DNA of 64,000 nucleotides. It comes from Candidatus Eiseniibacteriota bacterium. Its GTDB lineage: Bacteria; Eisenbacteria; RBG-16-71-46; CAIMUX01; VGJL01. The notes under the pieces were generated by a model. It had not been told where the DNA came from. It worked only from the letters and a program-made list of their open reading frames with translations, and did not search any database. Below, piece after piece: positions 45,085 through 54,471 of the stretch (the first letter of the stretch is position 1; each line of letters opens with the position of its first letter). Location of the stretch: positions 96,001 through 160,000 of the forward strand of contig JBHGAY010000005.1 in assembly GCA_041946735.1 (NCBI GenBank), written 5' to 3'. A program made the translations under genes and the position numbers.

Positions 45085-46133
45085 GGCGCTGGCTCCCCTG
45101 GCTGCGCGCACTGGCGGGCGTCGCGATCCTCGCCGCCCTGCTCGCGTGGGTCGACGTCCGCAGCGTCCTCGGCCTTGTGGCGCGAATCGGTCCCGGGATT
45201 GCGCTGCTCCTCTTCGTCCTCTACGTGGTCGATCGCGTCGCCATGGCTTGGAAGTGGTGGTGGCTACTGCGGTCGGTCCATCCGGGGATCCGCCTGGCGC
45301 CGTTGATCCGCGCCTACTTCTACAGCGCGTTCGTGGTCACCTTCCTGCCGTTCTCCGCCGGAGCGGAGCTGGTGAGGCTCGGCGCGGTGCTGGGCGAGCC
45401 GGTGCCGAAGCGCGACCTCTTCGCGTCGATGGTCGTCGAGCGGACCCTCGGCTTCCTCTCGATGGTCGCGATGGCTCTGCTTGCCGCGCTGCTGCTCTTC
45501 GCCACGCATTCCGGCGAAGCCGCCGCGCAGATCGCGGGCATGACGGCCCTCCTCGCGACGGGCGCCCTTGTCGCGTTCACCGTCGCGGCGATTCTCGTGC
45601 TCCGGCCGCCAAGCGCCCTGCGCTCCCTGCTCTCCCGCGTCCGCCTCCCCGGCGCCTCGCTCTTCGGCCGGATCGTCGCCTCTATGCGGCTGTTCGTCGC
45701 CGATCGGCGCACGCTCGTCCTGTTCTATGGGATCTCGTTCTTCGAGCAGCTCGTCCCGGTGTGGATGCTTTGGCTTCTTGCGCGCGATCTCGGCGTCCTG
45801 ATCGGCTTCGTGCAGATGCTCTCCGTCGTTCTCCTGTCGCTGCTCCTGACACGGATTCCGGTCTCGCTGAGCGGCCTGGGCGTGCAAGAGGGGGTGTTCG
45901 TCGGCCTCTTTCTGCTCTTGGGTCGGACGAAGGAGGAAGGCCTGGCGGTCTCCCTCGCGGCGCGCGTCCTGGACATCCTCTTTCCGCTTCCGGTGATCGC
46001 CCTCTTCTACTCCGATACGGTTCGGGCGATCCGGGCGGCCCGGCGGGAAGCGAGCGGCCAAGCTGTTGTCGACCCGTCGAGTCCAGCGTCGACGGCCGCG
46101 GACGGGACGGAGAAGGTAACGGGGACGTCATGA
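45081..46133 (+). CDS. LPG-synthase TM / AglD2-like putative flippase (UPF0104)
   Basis: Multi-TM; WKW..LL, FLP...G.E..R, S.VVER..G, IPVSLSGLGVQEG; ATGA overlap. Confidence 0.85.
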   Translation: MRRWLPWLRALAGVAILAALLAWVDVRSVLGLVARIGPGIALLLFVLYVVDRVAMAWKWWWLLRSVHPGIRLAPLIRAYFYSAFVVTFLPFSAGAELVRLGAVLGEPVPKRDLFASMVVERTLGFLSMVAMALLAALLLFATHSGEAAAQIAGMTALLATGALVAFTVAAILVLRPPSALRSLLSRVRLPGASLFGRIVASMRLFVADRRTLVLFYGISFFEQLVPVWMLWLLARDLGVLIGFVQMLSVVLLSLLLTRIPVSLSGLGVQEGVFVGLFLLLGRTKEEGLAVSLAARVLDILFPLPVIALFYSDTVRAIRAARREASGQAVVDPSSPASTAADGTEKVTGTS

Positions 46134-46266
46134 GATCCATTCGCTGAGGAGCCGACAGGATCGCTAAACTATTGCTCGCGGCGTGTGGCGGTTCGCATTT
46201 GCCCTTTGCGCAAGGGGCCGGCCCGCTGTCGCCCAGGAATCCGCAAGGTCCACCAACGAGAGATAG

Positions 46267-47283
46267 ATGACGACTGTTCGTGATCCCCTCTCCTCTCCGG
46301 CTGCCGGGCTCAGGCTCGGGCCGGAGGTGTCGATCATCATCCCCGTGTACAACGAGGAGGAGAGTCTCCCGCTGCTCTGCGCTTCGATCCGCGACGCGCT
46401 GCACGGCTGGCCGTACTCCTATGAGGTTCTACTGATCGACGACGGGAGCACCGACGGAACCATCGACCGCTCCCGCGAGGAGATGCGACGCGATCCGCGG
46501 ATTCGCGTCCTTCGCTTCCCTGTCAATCAGGGACAGACGGCGGCGATGGCGTGCGGATTCCGGCGGGCTCGCGGACGGATCCTCGTCACCCTCGACGCCG
46601 ATCTCCAGAACGATCCGCGAGACATTCCGCTCCTGGTCGAACGGCTCGAGGAGGGCTACGGCATGGTCTGCGGCTGGCGGAAGGACCGGCACGATTCCTT
46701 CACGCGGACGCTCCCCTCGAAGATCGCGAACCGCTTGATCGCCTGGACCGCCGGCACGCAGATCCGCGACACGGGATGCACGCTCAAGGCGTACCGGCTC
46801 GAGGTGGTGCGCGCGCTCCGCCTCTACTCCGAGATGCACCGTTTCCTTCCCGCGCTCGCCTCGATGACCGGCGCCAGGATCAGCGAGGTCGTCGTCCGGC
46901 ATCACCCGCGCCGTCACGGGCGGAGCAAGTACGGCATCAGCAGGACGGTGAAGGTCCTGATCGACCTCCTCATGATCAAGATGGTCACGCAGTTCGCGAG
47001 CCGCCCGGGGAGCTGGTTCGGCCTGCTCGCCCTTCCGTGGCTGATCCTCGGAATTCTCGCGAGCCTGTACTGGGGGATCCGCCTGATCGGCGGGGTGCAG
47101 TCGCTGATCGTCGCCCCGACGCTCGCGATCCTTTTCTTCTACATGTTCGGGCACATGATGATGCTGTCGGTGCTGAGCGAGATGCTTCTCGCCTACGGCG
47201 ACCGCCGGTTCTTGCGGCGGATCGCCGAAGCGCTGAGCGTGCAGGACCGGGTCGAGAGTCAGGAAGAGGAGGAGGTCTCATGA
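46267..47283 (+). CDS. Polyprenol-phosphate glycosyltransferase, GT2 (ArnC/GtrB/DPM-synthase-like)
   Basis: SIIIPVYNEEE, IDDGSTDGT, GQTAA, TLDADLQNDP, DTGCTLKAYR, HRFLP, SKYG; two C-terminal TMs. Confidence 0.93.
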   Translation: MTTVRDPLSSPAAGLRLGPEVSIIIPVYNEEESLPLLCASIRDALHGWPYSYEVLLIDDGSTDGTIDRSREEMRRDPRIRVLRFPVNQGQTAAMACGFRRARGRILVTLDADLQNDPRDIPLLVERLEEGYGMVCGWRKDRHDSFTRTLPSKIANRLIAWTAGTQIRDTGCTLKAYRLEVVRALRLYSEMHRFLPALASMTGARISEVVVRHHPRRHGRSKYGISRTVKVLIDLLMIKMVTQFASRPGSWFGLLALPWLILGILASLYWGIRLIGGVQSLIVAPTLAILFFYMFGHMMMLSVLSEMLLAYGDRRFLRRIAEALSVQDRVESQEEEEVS

Positions 47284-48257
47284 ACGGGCCGCAGCACGAT
47301 CCCGCCGCCGGCCGCTACGGCCTTTCCATCGTCTGCGTGCCGAGCGATTACGCCGGCGATCTCGCGCAGGTGCACCGCGACTTCCGCGACGTCCTCGCAC
47401 GCGGCAGCTACACCGCCGAGTTCCTCTACGTGCTCGACGGTCCGCGTCCGGCGGCCGAGAAATCGCTGGCCAGCCTGCAGGAGAGCCGCTTCCCTGTCTC
47501 GGTCCACAGGATGGCGAAAGGATTCGGCCAGTCGGCCGCGCTCCAGTACGCCTTCGAGCGCGCGCAGGGGCGGTTCGTCCTCACCATCCCCGACAGGCAG
47601 CAAGTGGAACCGGAAGCGATCCTTCAGGTGATCGCCGAGTTGGAGAAGGGGGAGGAGGCGGTCGTGACGCGGAGGGAGCCGCGCAAGGATCCGCTGCTCA
47701 ACCGGATCCAGTCGAAGGTCTTTCACTCCCTCGTCCGGCGGCTCTCGGGCCAATCGTTCCGCGACATGACGTGCGGGCTGCGCGGGTTCACGCGCGAAGC
47801 GGCGGCCCGTCTCGACCTCTATGGGGACCTCCACCGGTTCATCCCGGTGCTCGTCGCGCGGCGAGGCTACCTCGTCAAGGAGATCCCGGTGCGGCAGCGG
47901 GAGGAAGACCGCCAGCTCCGGATGTTCGGCCCGGGCGTCTACGCCCGCCGCCTCCTCGACATCCTTCACGTCTTCTTCCTCACGAGGTTCACGCGCAAGC
48001 CGCTCCGTTTCTTCGGACTCGTCGGCTTCGCGCTCTCCTTCGTCGGCCTCGCGATCGCCGGGCTGCTTGCGCTGCTGCGGATCTTCGGCGGGACTTCCCT
48101 GGCGGATCGCCCTCTTCTCGTCCTCGCGATCGTGTTGATCATTCTCGGCGTACAGGTGATCTCCATCGGACTGATCGGCGAGATCGTGATCTTCCTGTCG
48201 CCCAAGCAGGAGGAACCGAACGTGCGCGAGCTGGAAAGGGAGACGCGGGCGCACTGA
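47280..48257 (+). CDS. Second ArnC/GtrB-like GT2 with degenerate catalytic motifs
   Basis: FGQSAAL, DMTCGLRGF, LYGDLHRFIPVL, two TMs, IGLIGE; the DxD position reads IPDRQQ. Confidence 0.85.
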   Translation: MNGPQHDPAAGRYGLSIVCVPSDYAGDLAQVHRDFRDVLARGSYTAEFLYVLDGPRPAAEKSLASLQESRFPVSVHRMAKGFGQSAALQYAFERAQGRFVLTIPDRQQVEPEAILQVIAELEKGEEAVVTRREPRKDPLLNRIQSKVFHSLVRRLSGQSFRDMTCGLRGFTREAAARLDLYGDLHRFIPVLVARRGYLVKEIPVRQREEDRQLRMFGPGVYARRLLDILHVFFLTRFTRKPLRFFGLVGFALSFVGLAIAGLLALLRIFGGTSLADRPLLVLAIVLIILGVQVISIGLIGEIVIFLSPKQEEPNVRELERETRAH

Positions 48258-48448
48258 CCGCCCGGGCGCGAGCGTCCAGCCCGCCCGCGCCGTGCCTTCG
48301 CGCCGCTCGCCTCTCCCCTCGTCCACTCCCGTCGCTCGCCTTTCGTGCACGCTGCGAACATGCGGCGCGGTCCTCTGGCCGCGCTCCCTGCCGTATGGTG
48401 GGGGCGACGGGGCAGGCAGACGGCCGCCGGAACACGGAGGGGAACGCA

Positions 48449-48739
48449 GTGGCGAGATTCGACGGCAAAGTCGTGCTGGTGACCGGGGCGGGTCGCGGGA
48501 TCGGACAGGCGATCGCCCGGCAATTCGCGAGCGAGGGAGCGCGGACGATCGTGACCGACTCCGATGGAGCGGCAGCCGATGATCGAAGGGCTCGAGGAAT
48601 CGGTCCGGTCCCTCCATCCGTGGGGAGGATCGCGGAGGCGACGGAGGTCGACGGCCTCGTCACCTTTCGCGCTTCGCCCGACGCGACGTTCATGACCGGC
48701 GCGACCTACCTCGTCGACGGCGGGTACGCGGCGCAATGA
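48449..48739 (+). pseudogene. Internally deleted SDR oxidoreductase
   Basis: 96 aa: GKVVLVTGAGRGIG N-terminus joined to GRIAEATEV...FMTGATYLVDGG C-terminus; no NAG or YxxxK core. Confidence 0.8.
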
Positions 48740-49614
48740 AGGCGCCGGCCCGCGTCCGCCGGCTCGTGGACCGGCGGCTCGTCGCACCGGCGCTCGCTGC
48801 CATGCTGCTCGTCGCGCTGATGCTCGGCGCCGGCGGCTGCACCGTTCGTGAGTCGCGACCGCCAACATCCCGCGCCGGCGCCGGCGGCTCGCCGCGCCCC
48901 GCCGACTCCGTGTCGATGACGATCCCGTCCGAAACCGCTCCGCCCGCCGGCGACAGGGAGACCTCCGGCACGGCGCCTGCCCCGCCAGCGACGTCGCGCC
49001 CGGTGCCTGCGCCGCCACCAGCGCCGGCGCCGCGCCCGGCCAGCCCTTTTGTCGATCCCGCCTTCCAGACCGGGATTCTTCGCGAAGTGAACTTCGCGCG
49101 CACCCGCCCCGCCGACTACGCGGATCTCGTCGAGCAATGGGAGCGCTACTTCGATGGAGACGTGTTGCGGCGGCCGGGGCACCTGCCGGTCGTCACGAGG
49201 GAGGGAGCGGCCGCCGTGCGCGGAGCGGTCCGCTTCTTGCGCGAGGTCCACCCGGTCTCGCCCGTCCGTCTGTCCGAAGGGATGTCCTGGGCTGCCGTTG
49301 ATCATGTCCTCGATCAGGGACCGCGCGCCGCGGTCGGTCACGAGGGGAGCGACGGTAGCCAGTCCTGGGATCGGATGGAACGCTACGGCGAGTGGAGCGG
49401 CAGCGCCGGGGAGGACATCTGGTACGGCCGGGGCAATCCCCGGGACGTCGTGATCGCGCTGATCGTTGACGACGGCGTTCCCGCCCGCGGCCACCGGCAG
49501 AACCTCTTTGATCCGGACTTCCGCGTGATCGGCGTCGGTTGCGGCACGCACGCCTACTACGACTCGATGTGCGTCCTCACGTTCGCGGGCGGCTATCAGG
49601 AGCGGGCGCGCTAG
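48736..49614 (+). CDS. CAP (SCP/PR-1) domain protein, probable lipoprotein
   Basis: Signal ending AGGC, Pro-rich linker, EVNFAR..P, AA.DH..DQG, GH.GSDGS, IVDDGVP.RGHRQNL, GVGCG.H. Confidence 0.88.
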   Translation: MKAPARVRRLVDRRLVAPALAAMLLVALMLGAGGCTVRESRPPTSRAGAGGSPRPADSVSMTIPSETAPPAGDRETSGTAPAPPATSRPVPAPPPAPAPRPASPFVDPAFQTGILREVNFARTRPADYADLVEQWERYFDGDVLRRPGHLPVVTREGAAAVRGAVRFLREVHPVSPVRLSEGMSWAAVDHVLDQGPRAAVGHEGSDGSQSWDRMERYGEWSGSAGEDIWYGRGNPRDVVIALIVDDGVPARGHRQNLFDPDFRVIGVGCGTHAYYDSMCVLTFAGGYQERAR

Positions 49615-51671
49615 CGGCCTCGCGGATCCTCGCCTTCCCTTTCGCCCTCTTCGAGCCGTGCTGCCCGCGCCAGCGCGGCGACGGCAGCGATCACCTCCGC
49701 GGCCGAGAACGGCTTGCTCAGGTGCTTCTGGAAGCCGGACTCGAGGGAGCGATGACGGTCCTCGACGCGCGCGAAGGCGGTGAGAGCGAGCGCGGGAATC
49801 CTCGCCAGCTCTCCTTGCGTCGCGCGGATCCTGCGAATGAGGCTGTATCCGTCCTCCCCCGGCATGCCGATGTCGCTGACGAGAACGTCGGGCCGCGTCT
49901 CCTCGAGGATCGTCTCGGCCTGCTGCGCCGAGGAGGCGGTGGTGACTTCGGCCCCGGCGTCCTCCAGGATGCGGCGGAGAAGCGCCAGCGATTCCGGCTC
50001 GTCGTCGATCGCCATCACGCGCACGCCGCGCAGCGGATGCTCCTCGACCGGGAGCACCTCCTCGCGGAACGCGGGCGCGCTGGCCGGAGCCGGCGGATCG
50101 GCCGGGGGCGCCGTCTCTCCCGCCCGGGCGGGGATCGTCACGACGAAGAGGGAGCCGGCGCCGATCCCCGCGCTTTCCGCGTGGATCGTGCCGCCGTGCA
50201 GCTCGACCAGGTTCTTCACGATGGCGAGCCCGAGACCGAGACCGCGGTGCTTGCGCGTGGTCGAAGCGTCGGACTGGCGGAAGCGCTCGAAGACGAACGG
50301 CAGAAACTCCGCAGCGATGCCGATCCCGTCGTCCTGCACTTCGAAGCACACCGTCTCTTCTCGACGCTCGACGCGCAGAGCGACCTTCCCACCGGCCGGC
50401 GTGAACTTCACGGCGTTGGAGAGCAGGTTCCAGAGAACCTGCTGCAAGCGTGGCGCGTCGGCCTGGAACGTTCCGGCGGCGTCCGGATCGATTCGCGACT
50501 CGATCTCGATCCCCTTCGCCTCCGCGGTCGGCCGGATGGAAGCGATCGACTCGGCGCACAGTTCGAGCACGGAAACGGGTCGCAACGAGAGGCGGATCTT
50601 CCCGGAGACGATGCGGCTCATGTCGAGGAGGTCCTCGATCAGTTCTTTCTGCAGGAGGGCGTTGCGCTCGATCACCTCGATCGCCTCGGCGATCTCCTCC
50701 TGGCTCCAGCGTTCCATCCGCTTCAAGATCTGGGACCATCCGAGGATCGCGTTGAGAGGCGTGCGAAGCTCATGGGAGAGCGAAGCGAGGAAGTCCTCCT
50801 TCAGGCGGCTCTGTCGCTCCGCCTCTCCGCGCGCCGCGCGTTCGCTGTCGAGGAGCCGCTCGCGCTCTTGCTGCGCGACCTTCTGGTCGTGGATGTCGGT
50901 CGCGGTGCCGAACCACTTCACCACGGCGCCCGCCTCGTCGCGAACCGGGATCGCCCGGCTGACGTACCAGCGGTAGGAGCCGTCCGAGGAGCGGATCCGG
51001 TGCTCGATCTGATACGGCTCGCCGGAGGCGACGGCCCGGCCCCACCCCGCGCGCACGAGCGCCTCGTCATCCGGATGCAGCACCCACTCCCACCCGCGCG
51101 CGAGCGCCCGCGAAGCGTCTCGGCCGGTCACGCTCTCGAAGCGGCCGTTGTAGTAGTCGATCGTCCCGTCGGGGCGGGCCGTCCAGACGATGTCCGGCAG
51201 CGCTTCCGCCAGCGTCCGGAATCTCTGTTCGCTCTCCGAGAGCGCGAGATCGGCGCGCCGCCGCTCCGTGACGTCCTCGATGACGCCGAGCGCGAACCGC
51301 AGACCGCGATCCGGCCCGCGGACCGCGGAGACGCGCAGCCTCGCCCAGATCAGCGAACCGTCCTTGCGCTGATAGCGCTTCTCGATGCTCACGGCGTCCC
51401 GTGCCCCCTCGCGAAGCGATTCGAGAGCGGTGCGGCCGATCGGAAGGTCCTCGGGCGGCGTGAAGGAGTCCGCCGGCCGGCCGACGATCTCCTTCTCGTC
51501 GTATCCGAGTATGCGGCAGAACTCCGGATTCACGCTCTCGAAGCTGCCGTCAGGACCGAGATGCGCGATGCCGATCGGCGCCTGCTCGAAGCTCCACCGG
51601 TATCGCTCCTCGCGCTCGCGCAAAGCTTCCCAGGACTCGTCGCGTGGCGCGAAAGGAAGGGACTGCTGCAT
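49611..51671 (-). CDS. Hybrid sensor histidine kinase (2 PAS/PAC + HisKA + HATPase + receiver)
   Basis: PAS/PAC motifs, SHELRTPLNAI, NLLSNAVKFT, DDGIGI, GLGLGL, VSDIGMPGEDG; start M-Q-Q at 51671 inferred. Confidence 0.93.
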   Translation of the reverse strand: MQQSLPFAPRDESWEALREREERYRWSFEQAPIGIAHLGPDGSFESVNPEFCRILGYDEKEIVGRPADSFTPPEDLPIGRTALESLREGARDAVSIEKRYQRKDGSLIWARLRVSAVRGPDRGLRFALGVIEDVTERRRADLALSESEQRFRTLAEALPDIVWTARPDGTIDYYNGRFESVTGRDASRALARGWEWVLHPDDEALVRAGWGRAVASGEPYQIEHRIRSSDGSYRWYVSRAIPVRDEAGAVVKWFGTATDIHDQKVAQQERERLLDSERAARGEAERQSRLKEDFLASLSHELRTPLNAILGWSQILKRMERWSQEEIAEAIEVIERNALLQKELIEDLLDMSRIVSGKIRLSLRPVSVLELCAESIASIRPTAEAKGIEIESRIDPDAAGTFQADAPRLQQVLWNLLSNAVKFTPAGGKVALRVERREETVCFEVQDDGIGIAAEFLPFVFERFRQSDASTTRKHRGLGLGLAIVKNLVELHGGTIHAESAGIGAGSLFVVTIPARAGETAPPADPPAPASAPAFREEVLPVEEHPLRGVRVMAIDDEPESLALLRRILEDAGAEVTTASSAQQAETILEETRPDVLVSDIGMPGEDGYSLIRRIRATQGELARIPALALTAFARVEDRHRSLESGFQKHLSKPFSAAEVIAAVAALARAARLEEGEREGEDPRGR

Positions 51672-51906
51672 CCTGTGGCTCCTTCTCGACGTCTGCTTCC
51701 CTGCGATGGACGATCGAGCGGGTTCGTGCGCGTGAGACTCGCTCGCCGACGGCTCTCTACAAGTCGCGAATTCTATCATCCACTCGCGATCGCTCAGCGG
51801 GATTGCGCATGACGAAGCGTTCACCGCTCTTTGCTAGAATCGCCCCGGCTCGTACGAGCGGCCGGTGGCACGGAAGCCGGTGGCACAGGAGAGGAGGGAT
51901 GAGCGG

Positions 51907-53646
51907 ATGACGCGGATGGAGCGGATGGATCGGAGGGTGTTCTTGCGGAGCAGCGCCGCGTGCGCGATGGCGGCGATCGGTTCGGCCGCGCGTTCGGAGG
52001 CGGGAAGTCGCGCGGCGCAACCGCGAGGCGGCGCGGCGGTGGAAATCCCGGCCAACGGGCGGACCGGAACGCTCGCGTCCGGCATCGAGGAGGCGACGAT
52101 CGACGATCTCGCCGCCGGCATGCAGCAAGGCCGCTTCACTTCGCTCGAGCTGGTCCGCGCGTATCGAGAGCGGATCGAGGCGACGAATCTACGCGGGCCC
52201 GAGCTGCGGGCGGTCCTCGAGCTGAACCCCGACGCGGAGGCGATCGCCGCGGCCCTCGACGAGGAGCGGCGAGCCGGAAACGTGCGCGGCCCGCTCCATG
52301 GCATCCCGGTGCTCCTCAAGGACAACATCGACACAGCCGACCGCATGCGGACGACGGCGGGATCGCTCGCGCTGCTCGGCTCCCGCCCGCGCCAGGATGC
52401 GACGGTCGCGGCGCGCCTCCGCGAGGCGGGCGCCGTCCTTCTCGGCAAGACGAACCTCAGCGAATGGGCCAACATCCGTTCCAGCCGATCCTCGAGCGGA
52501 TGGAGCGCGCGCGGCGGACAGTGCCGCAACCCGTACGTCCTCACCCACAGTCCGTGCGGGTCGAGTTCGGGCTCCGCCGTGGCCGTCGCGGCGAGCCTCT
52601 GCGCCGTCGCGGTCGGCACCGAGACCGACGGATCGATCGTGTGCCCCTCGCATCAGAACGGAGTCGTGGGGATCAAACCGACCGTCGGACTGACCAGCCG
52701 CGCCGGAGTCGTTCCGATCTCGCATACCCAGGACACGATCGGACCGCACGCCCGAACCGTGCGGGACGCGGCGATCCTTCTCTCCGCGCTTGCGAGCGGC
52801 GGCGTCGATCCTCGCGACCCCGCCACGGGCGATGGGGCCGCGCACCGCGCCGCCGACTACGGGCGCTTCCTCGATCCGGACGGACTGCGCGGCGCCCGCG
52901 TGGGCATCCCTCGCATGCTGTTCAAGGGGGGAAGCCCGCACTCGGACGCGGTGATCGACTCGGCGATCGCCGTCATGCGAGCGGCCGGGGCGGAGATCGT
53001 CGACCCGGCCGACATCCCGAGCTTGGAGGCGATCGGGTCGGGCGCCGATGAGTTGAACGTCCTGCTCTATGAGCTGAAGGCGGACATGGAAGCGTATCTC
53101 GCCGGGCGCGAGGAGGAGCCGGGGGCCGCCCGCCGCCCGCCGCGCACGCTGGCCGATCTGATCGCCTTCAACGAGGAAACGCGCCGCGAGGAGATGCTCT
53201 ACTTCGGTCAGGAGCTGTTCGTGCAAGCGCAGGAGAAGGGGACGCTCGAGGACCCCGAGTATCTCGAAGCGCTCGAGCGGAGCCAGCGGCTCGCCGGCCC
53301 GGAAGGGATCGACGCGGCCCTCGCGCGGCACGGCTGCGATGCGCTCGTCGCGCCGACCGGGGGCCCGGCCTGGCCGATCGACCTCGTCAACGGGGACCAC
53401 TTTCTGGTCGGAAGCTCCGGCCCGGCGGCGATGGCCGGCTATCCCTTGATCAATGTCCCCGCGGGGTGGTCGTTCGGTCTTCCGCTCGGGATCAGCTTCA
53501 TGGGGACCGCCTGGTCGGAGCCGGTCCTGATCCGTCTCGCGTATGCCTTCGAGCAGACGGCGCGCGCCCGCCGTCCGCCTCGCTACCTGCCCGGTCTCGC
53601 GTCGCTCGACGTTGCTCCGTCCCCGGGACCGTCGAGGACGCGCTGA
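51907..53646 (+). CDS. Amidase-signature enzyme with a Tat-like signal peptide
   Basis: DRRVFL, LHGIPVLLKDNI, GKTNLSEWAN, GSSSGS, GTETDGSI; extended -10 TGCTAGAAT at 51832-51840. Confidence 0.92.
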   Translation: MTRMERMDRRVFLRSSAACAMAAIGSAARSEAGSRAAQPRGGAAVEIPANGRTGTLASGIEEATIDDLAAGMQQGRFTSLELVRAYRERIEATNLRGPELRAVLELNPDAEAIAAALDEERRAGNVRGPLHGIPVLLKDNIDTADRMRTTAGSLALLGSRPRQDATVAARLREAGAVLLGKTNLSEWANIRSSRSSSGWSARGGQCRNPYVLTHSPCGSSSGSAVAVAASLCAVAVGTETDGSIVCPSHQNGVVGIKPTVGLTSRAGVVPISHTQDTIGPHARTVRDAAILLSALASGGVDPRDPATGDGAAHRAADYGRFLDPDGLRGARVGIPRMLFKGGSPHSDAVIDSAIAVMRAAGAEIVDPADIPSLEAIGSGADELNVLLYELKADMEAYLAGREEEPGAARRPPRTLADLIAFNEETRREEMLYFGQELFVQAQEKGTLEDPEYLEALERSQRLAGPEGIDAALARHGCDALVAPTGGPAWPIDLVNGDHFLVGSSGPAAMAGYPLINVPAGWSFGLPLGISFMGTAWSEPVLIRLAYAFEQTARARRPPRYLPGLASLDVAPSPGPSRTR

Positions 53647-53688
53647 ACGAACCGGTAGCGCAGGGGCGCGCCGCGCTACGCGGGATCG

Positions 53689-54429
53689 TCAGCGCCGCGC
53701 GAAGAGCAGCATGAAGACGCCGAGCGCCAGAACGAGCGCGGCGACGATTCGCCTGTAGATCGGCTCCGGAACGCGGCGGAGGACCCGCGCCCCGAGGAGG
53801 GTGCCGAGAACCGCGCCCGCGCTCGCGACGAGAAGCAGGGGCCAGAGATCCGCGGTGTCGCGTCCCTGCGTGGCCAGGTAGACCGGCAGCCGCGCGGCGT
53901 CCACGACCAGGCCGACGGCGGTCGCCGTGGCGACGAACACGCGTGGCCGCAGATCGAAGGCGAGCATCGCGGCGGAGCGGATGCCGCCCTGGTTCCCGAC
54001 GAGGCCGCCGAGAAGACCGGATACCGCTCCCGCGACCCAGGCGATCCAGCCACGGAAGCGCATGCGGCCGGCAATCCCGCTTAGCTGCGTGACTCCGACG
54101 AAGACGAGAAGAGATCCGAAGACCACGGTCAGAATCGGATTGCCGGCGGCCGCGTGCAGCAGAGCTCCGGTCAAGCCACCGGCCGCGCTGGTGATGCCGA
54201 AGCTTGCCAGGACCTTCCGGTCGACATGCCGCCGGAGAAGCCAGAAGCGCAGCGCGGTCGCGACGGCGTGCGGGACCGAGACCGCGGCGACGGCGAGTTT
54301 CGTGGGGACGCGCAGCGCGAAGAGCGGAGTGAGGAGGGACCCGATCCCGAAGCCGCTGATCGAGGCGATCGCGCCGGCGAGGAACGCGACGGCGGCGACC
54401 ACGAGCACGAACCCGCCGCCGCCCGTCAT
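53689..54429 (-). CDS. Sulfite exporter TauE/SafE family membrane protein
   Basis: AGAIASISGFGIG..LTP repeated as SGLLGGLVGNQGG; multi-TM. Confidence 0.85.
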   Translation of the reverse strand: MTGGGGFVLVVAAVAFLAGAIASISGFGIGSLLTPLFALRVPTKLAVAAVSVPHAVATALRFWLLRRHVDRKVLASFGITSAAGGLTGALLHAAAGNPILTVVFGSLLVFVGVTQLSGIAGRMRFRGWIAWVAGAVSGLLGGLVGNQGGIRSAAMLAFDLRPRVFVATATAVGLVVDAARLPVYLATQGRDTADLWPLLLVASAGAVLGTLLGARVLRRVPEPIYRRIVAALVLALGVFMLLFARR

Positions 54430-54471
54430 CGAGCGCCGGTCATCGCGGGGCGGGCTCCCCGACGTCGGCGG

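Noticed and set aside
46185..46205. Sigma54 promoter upstream of the GT2 pair (TGGCGG...TTTGC)
   Set aside because: GG-to-GC spacing is not 10 nt.
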